Position numbers and translations under genes: made by a program. The notes under the pieces were generated by a model. The model was given only the letters and a program-made list of their open reading frames with translations. It was not told the origin of the DNA and ran no database searches. Shown here one piece after another: positions 1-9,766 of a stretch of DNA of 43,676 nt (position 1 is its first letter; each line of letters opens with the position of its first letter). The stretch is from Clostridiales bacterium (GTDB lineage Bacteria > Bacillota > Clostridia > Lachnospirales > Lachnospiraceae): assembly GCA_012518975.1 (NCBI GenBank), contig JAAYRC010000034.1:1-43676 (forward strand). The letters run 5' to 3'.

Positions 1-141
1 GTAACGGAACGCCTTACCCAAATTAATCCATCACTGGCCGAAAAGGCAAGAGTCGTATTAGACCTCAATAAGTCGGAGCGCCATATCAGGGGTGGTATGG
101 CCACAAAGGAGAAGTATTTACAAAAAGCCAAATACAACTAG
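1..141 (+). CDS. spoIIID: Stage III sporulation protein D, 3' part (gene starts before the window)
   Basis: Not in the ORF track. Frame 1 reads VTERLTQINPSLAEKARVVLDLNKSERHIRGGMATKEKYLQKAKYN*, matching the SpoIIID C-terminal half (TERL..INP.LA.....L..K..RH.RGG.ATK.KY). Confidence 0.93.
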   Translation, partial: VTERLTQINPSLAEKARVVLDLNKSERHIRGGMATKEKYLQKAKYN

Positions 142-172
142 CATATAGTTAATTAAAAATGAATTTACTAAG

Positions 173-220
173 AAAGGTATCTTTATGTGAGAAATAGAAT
201 TCACGTAGGGTGCCTTTTTT
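173..220 (+). terminator. Intrinsic terminator after spoIIID
   Basis: AAAGGTATCTTTATGTGA / TCACGTAGGGTGCCTTT stem (with G-U pairs) followed by a T run. Confidence 0.75.
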
Positions 221-416
221 GTAAATGGAATATTAATATCGACATTATATATTAATCACAAAGCATTAGTTAGTAAAAAAGTTAAGTCCATTAAGGAGCT
301 TATTTATAGTATTAAAGGCTACTAATCCTACTGATTTGGACTATTTATTTTAACCATATTGTGCTAAAATAGTATATAAGAAGTCACTTTACTATATTGA
401 TATGGAGGAATTTTAA

Positions 417-1694
417 ATGTTTTGTGTGGGATGTGGAAACAAAATTGAATCAAGCTATAAGTTTTGTGAGATATGCGGGACAAAGAATCGTAGTTATGTT
501 AAGGATGCGGTAGATCCTCCTTATGTAGAACACCAGCCAGAGGTATCTGTAGATACGCCAATTCAGCAGGCAGATACGCCAGAAATAAATATACATCAGG
601 AAATACCAGTGGAGGTAGCGGAGCCACAATTTGGTGCTTCAATAGAATCACAGATTAATACAGAAGTAGCAGCAAGTCAAGAAACAACTGCTAATGAAAT
701 GACGATGCTTAATAAGTTGGATGAAGTATCTAATGAACAGGTTACTGATAAACACGTTAAGAAGATTGGGATAGGAGTTAAAATTGCTTCTGTTTGTTTG
801 TCCATTCTGGCCTTAATCGTTACATTGCTATTCTTATCCACACTATTTGTTAAGACAAGCTTGTCAACCAAGGTAATGAAAAAGGCATTCCAAAAGATTG
901 ATTATATCAATATTGAACTGGATAATATCCTAGTTGATGGTTGGAGTTATATATATGAGGGAGATACAGCAGCTGATATTATCTATAACGTATTGTATGA
1001 TAGAACCTTTTTAGGATTGTCAAAAAATGAAGTTGAGGAGATTTTAGAGAAAGCGACCTTCTCTGACTATCTATCAGATAAACTATCACAATATGCTAAG
1101 TATGCGATATCTGGTTCTAGGACAAATGAGATATCGGCTCGAGAAATTGTACGGTTGGTAGAGGATAACAAGGATGTTTTTGAGGACGTTGCTGGAATAG
1201 AGATTAGCTCTAGTGACCTAAAGGGGCTTGAGAGGTATCTGAAGGAGGAAGAAATACTAGAGAGCATATCACTTGATAATATTGATACAATCATAGAAGA
1301 AAACAATATAGAGTGGGTTCATAAACTATTTGCTAATACTACCTTGATGATAGCAGTGATTGTCTCAGGAATTTTTCTATTGGGACTTATAATCTGGATA
1401 TCTTATCTACACCGAAGTATCAAAGCCCCACTTAGCTATATCGGAATTCCTATTCTGATAGTCGGCTTCCTATTTACATTGGTAATGCTAGCAGGATATA
1501 TCATAAAGGCAAGCCTGTTTGGTGAAATTGAAGATATCTATACTTTGATTAAGCCCATATTATCAGGAGTTTTCATTAGAGGTATAATATTCGGTGCCAC
1601 AACAAGTGTAGTTGGTCTAATAATGGTAATTGCTTATAAAAGAATCAGAAAATCGGAAAAGTGTAAAAAAACAATTATTAATCCAATCAATTAG
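417..1694 (+). CDS. Zinc-ribbon domain membrane protein, function unknown
   Basis: GGAGG RBS. N-terminal CVGC-x10-CEIC ribbon, P/E/Q-rich linker, one TM helix near aa 119-144, a soluble domain, then three C-terminal hydrophobic helices. Confidence 0.85.
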   Translation: MFCVGCGNKIESSYKFCEICGTKNRSYVKDAVDPPYVEHQPEVSVDTPIQQADTPEINIHQEIPVEVAEPQFGASIESQINTEVAASQETTANEMTMLNKLDEVSNEQVTDKHVKKIGIGVKIASVCLSILALIVTLLFLSTLFVKTSLSTKVMKKAFQKIDYINIELDNILVDGWSYIYEGDTAADIIYNVLYDRTFLGLSKNEVEEILEKATFSDYLSDKLSQYAKYAISGSRTNEISAREIVRLVEDNKDVFEDVAGIEISSSDLKGLERYLKEEEILESISLDNIDTIIEENNIEWVHKLFANTTLMIAVIVSGIFLLGLIIWISYLHRSIKAPLSYIGIPILIVGFLFTLVMLAGYIIKASLFGEIEDIYTLIKPILSGVFIRGIIFGATTSVVGLIMVIAYKRIRKSEKCKKTIINPIN

Positions 1695-1722
1695 GTTAAG
1701 AATATTAAGTAATAACGTGATA

Positions 1723-1874
1723 ACTGTACATAATGCTGTCATGGAAGACCTTACTAAAATTAATCTATCGCTGGCCGAAAAGACAAGAGTTGTATTAGAC
1801 CTCAATAAGTCGGAGCACATATCAGGAGTGGTATGTCCACAAAGGAGAAGCAATTACAAAAAGTCAAATACATC
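1723..1874 (+). pseudogene. Degenerate duplicate of the spoIIID 3' end (direct repeat of 1..138)
   Basis: 1738..1874 aligns to 1..138 with 18 differences including a 1-nt deletion (about 87% identity, manual). It reads TVHNAVMEDLTKINLSLAEKTRVVLDLNKSE, then frameshifts. No 5' part of the gene is present. Confidence 0.9.
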
Positions 1875-2005
1875 ATAATAAAAAACATGAGATATATCCG
1901 CTTCCAAGTACTTTTAGAAAATTAATTCTGGAACCTAAAGACTTATTACAGATAACCTATATACATATTATAAAGTTCTGATGTATTTGATATAAGGGAC
2001 AAGAA

Positions 2006-3367
2006 TTATAATTCCTGTTTATTAATTGCCTTAATCCATTTACCACTTCTTAATCTAAAGATGCACCATATTGCTTTGACTATCTGGTCGCTTTTTAGGC
2101 AGAAGTATATCCAGTAGGCAGACCAATTCCAGACCAGACCTGCAAGATAGCCTAAAGGTATAGACAAGATCCATAGGAATAAGATATCAGCTAGCATTAA
2201 AAACTTTGTGTCTCCACCACCTCGCAAAACGCCCTTTGTGAGGATACTGTTCATAGATTGAAATACTACTATTATTGCAATAGATCTCATAAGTTCTATT
2301 GCAATAGTCTTTGTTTCATCTGTTATATTGTAGAAGTTTACTACAGTATTGCTAAGTGCTAGGATAATAGCCCCCGACATGGCTCCTATTATTATCCCTA
2401 ACATTAAAAAGGTATAAGCCTGCTCCTGTGCCTTCTTCTTTTTTCCTTCTCCTAAGGTGTGGCCAGTTATGATACTGCCGGAATGACATACACCTTGTAT
2501 AAATACTGTGGTTAATTGCTGGGTAACAACAGTTATAGAATTAGCAGACACAAAATCCTTACCTATTCTTCCCATAACCATGGCAACCGCTGAGTTACCT
2601 AGGGCAAGCAAGATGTCTGAAATAAATACAGGTATACTCACTGTTATATAATCACGAACAATAGATTTACAATTCATAAAAATGTCTTTTAGGCGATAGC
2701 CTATTTTTTTATCATAAAAGAAAAAGTAAATGCAGATAACTGAAAACTCAAATATTCTTCCTAGAAAAGTACCAAGAGCAGCTCCTTCTGTACCCATGGC
2801 TGGTGCTCCAAAATTACCGAATATAAACATATAATTAAAAAATACATTTATAAAAAACGCACCTATAGAAGCTAATAATGGAATCTTAACCTGTCCCACA
2901 CTTCTTAGTATAATAGTACAGGTCAAAGACAAACCAAGCAATATGTAACAGGGTACCATCCATTTATAGTAAAGAACACCTTGCTTTATTACTTCTATGT
3001 CACTTGTATAGATTCGCATAAGAAATGAAGGCGATATTATAGTTACTGCCATAAATAATGCTGATAATAGGATGCAAAATCTAAGCATTATTGTAATGGT
3101 TTTCTTTAGTGATTCTTTATCTTTCATGCCCCAAAATCGTGAGGTCAAAACACTGGCCCCCATAGATATGCCCATACATCCAATATGGAAGATGGTGATA
3201 AATTGGTTGGCTAAAGCAGTTCCAGATAATGCGTTTTCTCCTAGTGAACCAATCATGATATTATCGGTCATATTTACCCCAATAGTAATTAGACTTTGTA
3301 ATGAAATTGGTATTGCAATTGCCGCTGTTTTTTTATAAAAGTTTTTATCTCTAACGAATAATCTCAA
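2006..3367 (-). CDS. MATE family efflux transporter
   Basis: 453 aa with about 12 hydrophobic helices and MATE motifs (D..MIG.LG...L, G.FG.P.MG..GAALGT, GVLRGGGDT). TTG start with an AGAGGA RBS. Confidence 0.92.
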   Translation of the reverse strand: MRLFVRDKNFYKKTAAIAIPISLQSLITIGVNMTDNIMIGSLGENALSGTALANQFITIFHIGCMGISMGASVLTSRFWGMKDKESLKKTITIMLRFCILLSALFMAVTIISPSFLMRIYTSDIEVIKQGVLYYKWMVPCYILLGLSLTCTIILRSVGQVKIPLLASIGAFFINVFFNYMFIFGNFGAPAMGTEGAALGTFLGRIFEFSVICIYFFFYDKKIGYRLKDIFMNCKSIVRDYITVSIPVFISDILLALGNSAVAMVMGRIGKDFVSANSITVVTQQLTTVFIQGVCHSGSIITGHTLGEGKKKKAQEQAYTFLMLGIIIGAMSGAIILALSNTVVNFYNITDETKTIAIELMRSIAIIVVFQSMNSILTKGVLRGGGDTKFLMLADILFLWILSIPLGYLAGLVWNWSAYWIYFCLKSDQIVKAIWCIFRLRSGKWIKAINKQEL

Positions 3368-3535
3368 TTGTTACATCCTCTCTGTCTATATATTTATAGA
3401 AAAAGTTTGATTATTAAACTTAAATAATTAATCGACTTAAGCATTATAGCATATGTATGAAAATTTTTCTTCTACAATCTGTTGCTATTAAGTTAGTATT
3501 AAGCTTGAAATTAATAATAGTGGTTGTTTTTTGAT

Positions 3536-5011
3536 TTAATATACCTTAAGTGTGATAATAGACTTTGATGGAATGCAAGCTTGTATTTTATTGTTGTTTA
3601 TTTCTACATCTTTAAAATCCTTAATAACAACTTCTTCTGGATTATCGAAAGTGTTTCTGCCATTTATATGATTAGATGTCAGAATGGTTCCTGAGATTTT
3701 ATTCTTACTTACTCCTATAAGGTCACAATCTATTTTAACATCATTATTGGGGTCTAGATTACAAATTGAAATATGAATATTACCGTCTGAATCTATTGAT
3801 GATGAGAGGCTAAGCTGATTTATTTTCTTATCACCATAGCAGTAATGGGTTTTCGTAAAGCTTGTTTCTAGTAATTGGGCATCTTGGTGGACAGAAAACA
3901 TTTTAAACACATGGTAGGTGGGAGTGAGAATAATCTTATCCCCATCAGTTAAGATTACAGACTGTAATACATTAATCATCTGTGCTATGTTGGCCATCTT
4001 AACACGGTCACACCTATTGTTAAATATATTAAGATTTATACCTGCGACTAAGGCATCCCTTAGGGTGTTTTGCTGGTATAGGAAGCTTGGATTAGTACCT
4101 GGCTCTACTTGATACCAGGCACCCCATTCATCTACAATCAAACCCACTCGTTTTTCGGGGTCATATTTATCCATTATATCAGTATGCTTTGAAATCAGTT
4201 CATCCATATATAATGTCATCTCTAATATATCAAACCATTCTTTTTCATTAAATTCAACTGCAGAACCCTTGGGCTGGCTCCAGTCTAAGGGCATAGTATA
4301 ATAATGTAGGCTTAAGCCGTCCATATATTTACCAGCATTTTTCATAAGAACCTCAGTCCAATTAAAATCATCTGCACTTGGTCCACAAGCTATCTTATAT
4401 AACTTGTCCTTGCTGTAATTACCAAGGTAGTTGGAGTATCTGCGATATTCATCAGCATAATATTCTGGCCGCATTTGTCCGCCGCATCCCCAGTTTTCGT
4501 TGCCTACTGCAAAGTACTTTAATTTCCAAGGTTTTTCTCTACCGTTTTTTCTTCTTAGCTTTGTCATTGGTGAAATACCGTCGAAAGTAATATATTCTAC
4601 CCACTGTTGCATTTCTCTAACTGTCCCACTGCCTAGATTGCCACAAATAAAAGGTTCTGCACCAATGAGCTCACAAAACTCCAAGAACTCATGGGTTCCA
4701 AAATGGTTATTTTCAACCACCCCTCCCCAATTTGTATTAATCATTGAGGGCCTGCTATCATAGGGGCCGATACCATCCATCCAGTGGTAATTATCAGCAA
4801 AGCACCCACCTGGCCATCTTAATATAGGTATTTTCATTTCCTTTAAAGCATTCACCACATCTTTCCGTATTCCGTTAATATTGGGAATTGATGAGTTTTT
4901 GCCGACCCAGATTCCTTCATATATACCAGAGCCTAAATGTTCAGCAAAATGCCCATAAATATTTTTGTTGATAATACCCTTTTTTTGCTCAGAATTAATT
5001 GTTATTTTGAT
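3536..5011 (-). CDS. GH51 alpha-L-arabinofuranosidase (Abf2/Xsa type); start codon uncertain
   Basis: Motifs [15 protein letters not shown] (acid/base) and DEWG (nucleophile). The frame extends upstream of the listed 4858 start as [27 protein letters not shown]...GIRKDVV up to an in-frame TGA at 5020-5018. Confidence 0.9.
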   Translation of the reverse strand: MKITINSEQKKGIINKNIYGHFAEHLGSGIYEGIWVGKNSSIPNINGIRKDVVNALKEMKIPILRWPGGCFADNYHWMDGIGPYDSRPSMINTNWGGVVENNHFGTHEFLEFCELIGAEPFICGNLGSGTVREMQQWVEYITFDGISPMTKLRRKNGREKPWKLKYFAVGNENWGCGGQMRPEYYADEYRRYSNYLGNYSKDKLYKIACGPSADDFNWTEVLMKNAGKYMDGLSLHYYTMPLDWSQPKGSAVEFNEKEWFDILEMTLYMDELISKHTDIMDKYDPEKRVGLIVDEWGAWYQVEPGTNPSFLYQQNTLRDALVAGINLNIFNNRCDRVKMANIAQMINVLQSVILTDGDKIILTPTYHVFKMFSVHQDAQLLETSFTKTHYCYGDKKINQLSLSSSIDSDGNIHISICNLDPNNDVKIDCDLIGVSKNKISGTILTSNHINGRNTFDNPEEVVIKDFKDVEINNNKIQACIPSKSIITLKVY

Positions 5012-5024
5012 ATAATATCACCAA

Positions 5025-5062
5025 GTTAAACGATTTACAAGTTAAAAACTATAGAGTATTAT
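5025..5062 (+). promoter_or_regulatory. Sigma-A-type promoter for the ABC/esterase operon with an overlapping LacI/cre-like operator
   Basis: TTTACA (5034-5039), 17 nt, TATTAT (5057-5062). The imperfect palindrome GTTAAACGATTTAC (5025-5038) has a central CG and overlaps the -35. Confidence 0.55.
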
Positions 5063-5101
5063 TAATTGCTTACTAATAGCAATTTTAAGGGGGAAAGTAT
5101 T

Positions 5102-6025
5102 GTGAGCTCATCCAGTAAAAGCAAAAAAATGAGGAGCTATAAGGAGTTTTTGCTAATTCTACCTTTTTTGATTTTAGTAGCCGTATTTTCATATTATCCT
5201 TTATATGGATGGATATATGCCTTTTTTGATTATCAACCACCCTTACCCTTTTCTTGGGATTCTTTTGTAGGAACAAAGTGGTTTAAAATATTATTTCAGA
5301 ATAAATCCTATTTTAAGCAAACCTTGCAAGTGCTTAGAAATACTTTTGCAATGAGTGGTATTGCACTCTTATTTTCATGGCTTCCAATGTTTTTTGCGAT
5401 TTTTCTTAATGAAATCAAGAATTTACGTTTTAGAAAATTCGTTCAGACAGTTACAACCTTGCCCAACTTCATTAGCTGGGTTTTGGTATATTCAGTGGCC
5501 TTTCTTCTTATGAGTAACAATGGTATGTTCAACTCTTTTGCAATGGATATAGGCTTGATAGATACGCCAATAGATTTTTTGAAATCTAACCAGCATATAT
5601 GGTTTAAAATGTGGCTTTGGCTTACTTGGAAGAATCTTGGCTGGGCGGCTATTATGTATATTGCTGCAATTTCTAGTATTGATACTGAGTTATTTGAGGC
5701 GGCTAGGGTGGATGGCGCTAGTCGCCTTAGGATAATACGTCATATAACAATTCCTAGTTTATTGCCTACATTTTTTGTACTTCTACTTCTTAATATATCA
5801 AATTTTCTAAACAATGGTATGGAGCAATACTTTGTATTCCAGAACTCGTGGAATAGAGAATATATTCAGGTTTTAGATTTGTATGTCTATAATTTATCTA
5901 CTAGTAAACCACCAGTATATTCTGTGTCAACTGCCTTGAGTATGTTGAAGAGTATTGTAAGCTTAGTTCTACTGTTCGGTGCCAATACCTTCTCTAAGGT
6001 GGTACGTAAGCAAAGCATATTGTAA
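5102..6025 (+). CDS. Oligosaccharide ABC transporter permease (LplB/YteP-like)
   Basis: LPNFISWV motif and EAA loop (ELFEAARVDGASR). GTG at 5102 follows an AAGGGGG RBS, a better start than 5066. Confidence 0.92.
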   Translation: MSSSSKSKKMRSYKEFLLILPFLILVAVFSYYPLYGWIYAFFDYQPPLPFSWDSFVGTKWFKILFQNKSYFKQTLQVLRNTFAMSGIALLFSWLPMFFAIFLNEIKNLRFRKFVQTVTTLPNFISWVLVYSVAFLLMSNNGMFNSFAMDIGLIDTPIDFLKSNQHIWFKMWLWLTWKNLGWAAIMYIAAISSIDTELFEAARVDGASRLRIIRHITIPSLLPTFFVLLLLNISNFLNNGMEQYFVFQNSWNREYIQVLDLYVYNLSTSKPPVYSVSTALSMLKSIVSLVLLFGANTFSKVVRKQSIL

Positions 6026-6036
6026 AGGAGTATATT

Positions 6037-6963
6037 ATGAGTAAGGAGAAGAAGATAATAGCTAATAAAAGAAAACCAATGAAACACAGTATAAGTGACC
6101 GTGTGTTGGATTTGATAAATTATACAGTATTTTCTCTATTTGCATTTGTTTGTGTTTATCCCTTCTATTATATATTTATAAACACAATCAGTAATAATAA
6201 GTTAAGTGAAAGTGGGGCTGTTATATGGTACCCCAAGGACATGCATCTTAAAAACTACATAGATGCTGTTAAAATACCAGGACTTGGCCAAGCTGCATTT
6301 ATATCAGTGTCAAGAACTGTTATAGGAACAGCCTTAACCGTGTTTGTTGCAGCATTTCTAGGATATATGTTTACAAGGGAAACCTTATTTAAGCGTAAGT
6401 TATGGTATAGATTTGTGGTTATAACTATGTATTTTAATGCAGGAATTATCCCTTGGTATTTAACCATGATGAACCTTGGCCTTACTAATAACTTTTGGGG
6501 CTATATCCTTCCTGCAGTTGTGTCACCTTTTTATATTATTTTAACAAAGACCTTTATTGAAGCGATCCCAAGGGAGCTACAGGAGGCTGCAGAAGTAGAT
6601 GGTGCCGGAGTCTTAACTATATTTTATAAGATAATGTTGCCTATATGTAAGCCTATATTGGCAACGGTTGCAATCTTTTCCGCTGTGGGACATTGGAACT
6701 CGTTTCAAGACACCTTACTTCTTATGACTCAAGAAAAATATTATACCTTACAGTTTATACTATATAGGTATCTGCAGTCGTCCCAGTCCCTGTCCTCAAT
6801 TATTAATGCAACGGCAGGTACAGAGGTGGCAGCCAACATACAGACTCAGACATCCATAAGAATGACAGTTACTATAATCGTGGCACTACCTATTATATTA
6901 GTTTATCCTTTCTTTCAGAGATTCTTTGTTAAAGGAATTATGATTGGAGCGGTTAAGGGATAA
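6037..6963 (+). CDS. Carbohydrate ABC transporter permease (LplC/YtcP-like)
   Basis: EAA loop (ELQEAAEVDGAG) and C-terminal YPFFQRFFVKGIMIGAVKG signature. Confidence 0.93.
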   Translation: MSKEKKIIANKRKPMKHSISDRVLDLINYTVFSLFAFVCVYPFYYIFINTISNNKLSESGAVIWYPKDMHLKNYIDAVKIPGLGQAAFISVSRTVIGTALTVFVAAFLGYMFTRETLFKRKLWYRFVVITMYFNAGIIPWYLTMMNLGLTNNFWGYILPAVVSPFYIILTKTFIEAIPRELQEAAEVDGAGVLTIFYKIMLPICKPILATVAIFSAVGHWNSFQDTLLLMTQEKYYTLQFILYRYLQSSQSLSSIINATAGTEVAANIQTQTSIRMTVTIIVALPIILVYPFFQRFFVKGIMIGAVKG

Positions 6964-7052
6964 GATAGAGGCTACAATGAAATAAATGATATCCTTTTAT
7001 TAAAAGGAATCATAATAAATGAAGAATAATTTTTAAGAGGAGGAGGAGGAAT

Positions 7053-8771
7053 ATGAAAAAGCAATTTAGATTTATTATTGTTGCGATGCTGGTTATGGCA
7101 ATGCTTGTAACTGGATGTGGCAAAAAGGACAAAAAGGACAAAGATACAGGTCTTGGCACAGGTTCTGACCTAGAACACATGGTAATTGAGGTTTATTCCC
7201 AACCTGCCAACTTCCAGGGAGAACAACCAGGTTGGACAGCTAAAATATTAAAGGATAAATTTAACATTACCCTTAATATTATAGCTCCACAGGTAGCTGG
7301 AGGAGATATTTTTGCGGCTCGTTCTGCATCTGGATTCTTAGGTGACCTTGTTGTACTAGATAACGCTGATATTCAGGCATGTATAAAATCAGGATTGATT
7401 TATGATGTTTCTGACCATATGAAGAAGATGACTTCTTTTGAAGAGTTTAAAAATCAGCTAGATGTATATAACTCTTCCTTGGATGGAGTAGGAGAAGGAG
7501 TATATTATGCATGGCCTACAGAAATGACTAATACTAGTCCTACTACATTTACACCGACTATTCCTGGAACAGCTCCAACTATTCCTTGGGATTATTATGC
7601 TGAGGTAGGAGCTCCTGAGATGGAAAACCTTTCAGACTTAGTAAAGACTCTTCGTGCAATTCAAGACCTACACCCAACTAACGCCGCTGGTGATCCTAGC
7701 TATGGTATTACATTATGGCCAGACTGGGATGGAACTTCTATTGAGAATGTAAACCAGCTTACAAAATGGTATGGACAAGAGGTTAATGGTTCGATTCTTT
7801 TAGATACATCTGGCAACATGATAGAGTTAACAGATGACAGCGGAGCATATCGTAGGATATTACAGTTCTTCTTTGAAGCTAATCAAGCTGGTGTTGTAGA
7901 TCCTGACTCAGGAACACAGAACTGGGATTCAGTTAACTCTAAGTTTAATTCTAAGAGGGCCTTCTTGATTTGGAATGACTGGCAGCAGGGCTTCTGGAAT
8001 ACAACAGAACGTGGTAATAATAGAGAGAACTATATGATGGTTCCAATTAATGATATGAATATCTATCAGCCATCAGATCCTTTCTTTGGTAGTGGAAGAG
8101 CATTTGCAGTTGGTACTAAAGACCCTGCAAAACAGGAAAGAGTAATGATGCTTTTAGATTGGATGTCAAGTCCTGATGGATTAGAGACTATACATGGTGG
8201 TATTAAAGGGTTTAACTACGAAGATGCACCAGATGGTAAGGGCTATATTCGTACTCCTATAGGAGAGACAGCTCTTATGGATAACTCTCCTGTACCTGAA
8301 GAATTTGGTGGAGGCCTATATGCTGACGGTATGCTTCAGATTAACCAATGGATGCAGGCGGGTGTTGCTACTAATCCAAAGACTGGTTATGGCTACGTAG
8401 GAAATTTATGGCCAGCAGAGGTTGAGAAAGCTAAGACAGCAACTACTAAGGAATGGTCTGAGCGTTTTGACGCTGAGAACCCAGTTGACTACCTAATTAA
8501 GAACAACAAAACAACTGTAGTACCATTTGTTAATGTAAATCTTGCACCAGATACTACAGATATAGCATTGATTAGAAGTAATTGCGCAACCTTGGTTAAG
8601 GATGCATCATGGAAGATGGTTTTTGCTAAGGACCAGGCTGAGTTTGATTCCATCTGGAATACTCTCAAAGAAGACTTAGATGGTTTTGACTGGAATAAGC
8701 TAGTAGAGTTTGATAAAGAGAAGCTTCAGGTGCTAGTTGATGAAAGAGCAAAAGCCTTAAACTCCAATTAA
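7053..8771 (+). CDS. ABC transporter substrate-binding lipoprotein
   Basis: Signal peptide with lipobox LVTGC, 572 aa, third gene after two permeases, strong GGAGG RBS. Confidence 0.9.
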   Translation: MKKQFRFIIVAMLVMAMLVTGCGKKDKKDKDTGLGTGSDLEHMVIEVYSQPANFQGEQPGWTAKILKDKFNITLNIIAPQVAGGDIFAARSASGFLGDLVVLDNADIQACIKSGLIYDVSDHMKKMTSFEEFKNQLDVYNSSLDGVGEGVYYAWPTEMTNTSPTTFTPTIPGTAPTIPWDYYAEVGAPEMENLSDLVKTLRAIQDLHPTNAAGDPSYGITLWPDWDGTSIENVNQLTKWYGQEVNGSILLDTSGNMIELTDDSGAYRRILQFFFEANQAGVVDPDSGTQNWDSVNSKFNSKRAFLIWNDWQQGFWNTTERGNNRENYMMVPINDMNIYQPSDPFFGSGRAFAVGTKDPAKQERVMMLLDWMSSPDGLETIHGGIKGFNYEDAPDGKGYIRTPIGETALMDNSPVPEEFGGGLYADGMLQINQWMQAGVATNPKTGYGYVGNLWPAEVEKAKTATTKEWSERFDAENPVDYLIKNNKTTVVPFVNVNLAPDTTDIALIRSNCATLVKDASWKMVFAKDQAEFDSIWNTLKEDLDGFDWNKLVEFDKEKLQVLVDERAKALNSN

Positions 8772-8801
8772 TACTAAGCTACATTAATCTTTCTCATAGA
8801 G

Positions 8802-8835
8802 TAAAGGGGGGTGCTGTATTTTGCACTCCCCTTTA
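8802..8835 (+). terminator. Stem-loop after the binding-protein gene (partial terminator or mRNA stabiliser)
   Basis: TAAAGGGGGGTGC / GCACTCCCCTTTA stem with only a short T tract. Confidence 0.65.
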
Positions 8836-8958
8836 AATGTTTACATAATAAATCAAAGCTCTGCTAAGGATGTGCAAAATCTTTGGGGTAAGTGGTTGTT
8901 TTATAAAAAACACTAGTAATTATCTACTAGTTTAAAGTAAGAAGAAGGAGAAGATAGA

Positions 8959-9765
8959 ATGGGACTTATTAATTACACTTTTTTTTCTCATGTTTTGAGA
9001 GAACAGGTAAAGGTTTCTCTTGTATTACCTACCTATAGTCGGTGGAATAATAATGGAAGTGTAGAAGAGTTTTATAAAAGGGGAAAAAAATATAAAACTC
9101 TTTATGTATTGCATGGGGGCTCTGATGATTGCACCACCTATTACAGAAATACAAATATTGAAAGATATGCAGATGGTAATTGCTTTGCGGTTGTAATGCC
9201 TGAGGTTAAGAATAGTTTTTATAGTAATATGAAACATGGCCCCAAATATTTTGATTACTTATCAAAGGAATTGCCTAAGGTTATGGAGGCGGTTTTTCCT
9301 CTTTCAGATAAAAGAGAAGACCGATATGTGGTAGGAAATTCTATGGGTTCTCATGGGGCCTTCAAATGGGTTTTAAATTGCCCTGAGTTTTTTAATGCGG
9401 CGGCAGGAATGTCTGGTGTAGGAGATGTAGAGGAAATGGGATTTTTTGAAGGAAGGGCAGTCGGTTCTGTAGCAAACGCCTTTGGTAGTGTAGAAGATTA
9501 TAGAGGAAGTATAAATGACCTAAAAAAACTGGCTAAGGATCTGGCTGAATCAGACATAGTAAAGCCCCGCTTGTTTAGTTGTTGTGGAACTGAAGATTAT
9601 CCCTATTATCAAGGGACAGTTTTATATAAAGAATATGCAGATGAAATAGGGCTTCCTTTAACTTATGAGTCAGGACCTGGTGGCCACACTTGGGAGTTTT
9701 GGGATCATTGGCTAGTTAAAATTATTGGTTGGATGGGATTGACTGCTGTAAAGGAGGGCGAGTAG
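8959..9765 (+). CDS. Alpha/beta-hydrolase esterase (CE1-like / EstA-like)
   Basis: LYVLHGG, nucleophile motif GNSMG, CGTED acid and GGHTW catalytic His. No signal peptide. Confidence 0.88.
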   Translation: MGLINYTFFSHVLREQVKVSLVLPTYSRWNNNGSVEEFYKRGKKYKTLYVLHGGSDDCTTYYRNTNIERYADGNCFAVVMPEVKNSFYSNMKHGPKYFDYLSKELPKVMEAVFPLSDKREDRYVVGNSMGSHGAFKWVLNCPEFFNAAAGMSGVGDVEEMGFFEGRAVGSVANAFGSVEDYRGSINDLKKLAKDLAESDIVKPRLFSCCGTEDYPYYQGTVLYKEYADEIGLPLTYESGPGGHTWEFWDHWLVKIIGWMGLTAVKEGE

Positions 9766-9766
9766 T

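Noticed and set aside
1630-1878. 82-aa ORF containing SpoIIID-like residues
   Set aside because: It overlaps the end of the zinc-ribbon gene, has no RBS, lacks the SpoIIID N-terminus and frameshifts out of homology. It is the pseudogene fragment read through by chance.
7122-7145. AAAAAGGAC tandem repeat in the binding-protein gene as a phase-variation tract
   Set aside because: It is an in-frame 9-nt unit in the flexible post-lipobox linker (KKDKKDKD) and cannot shift the frame.
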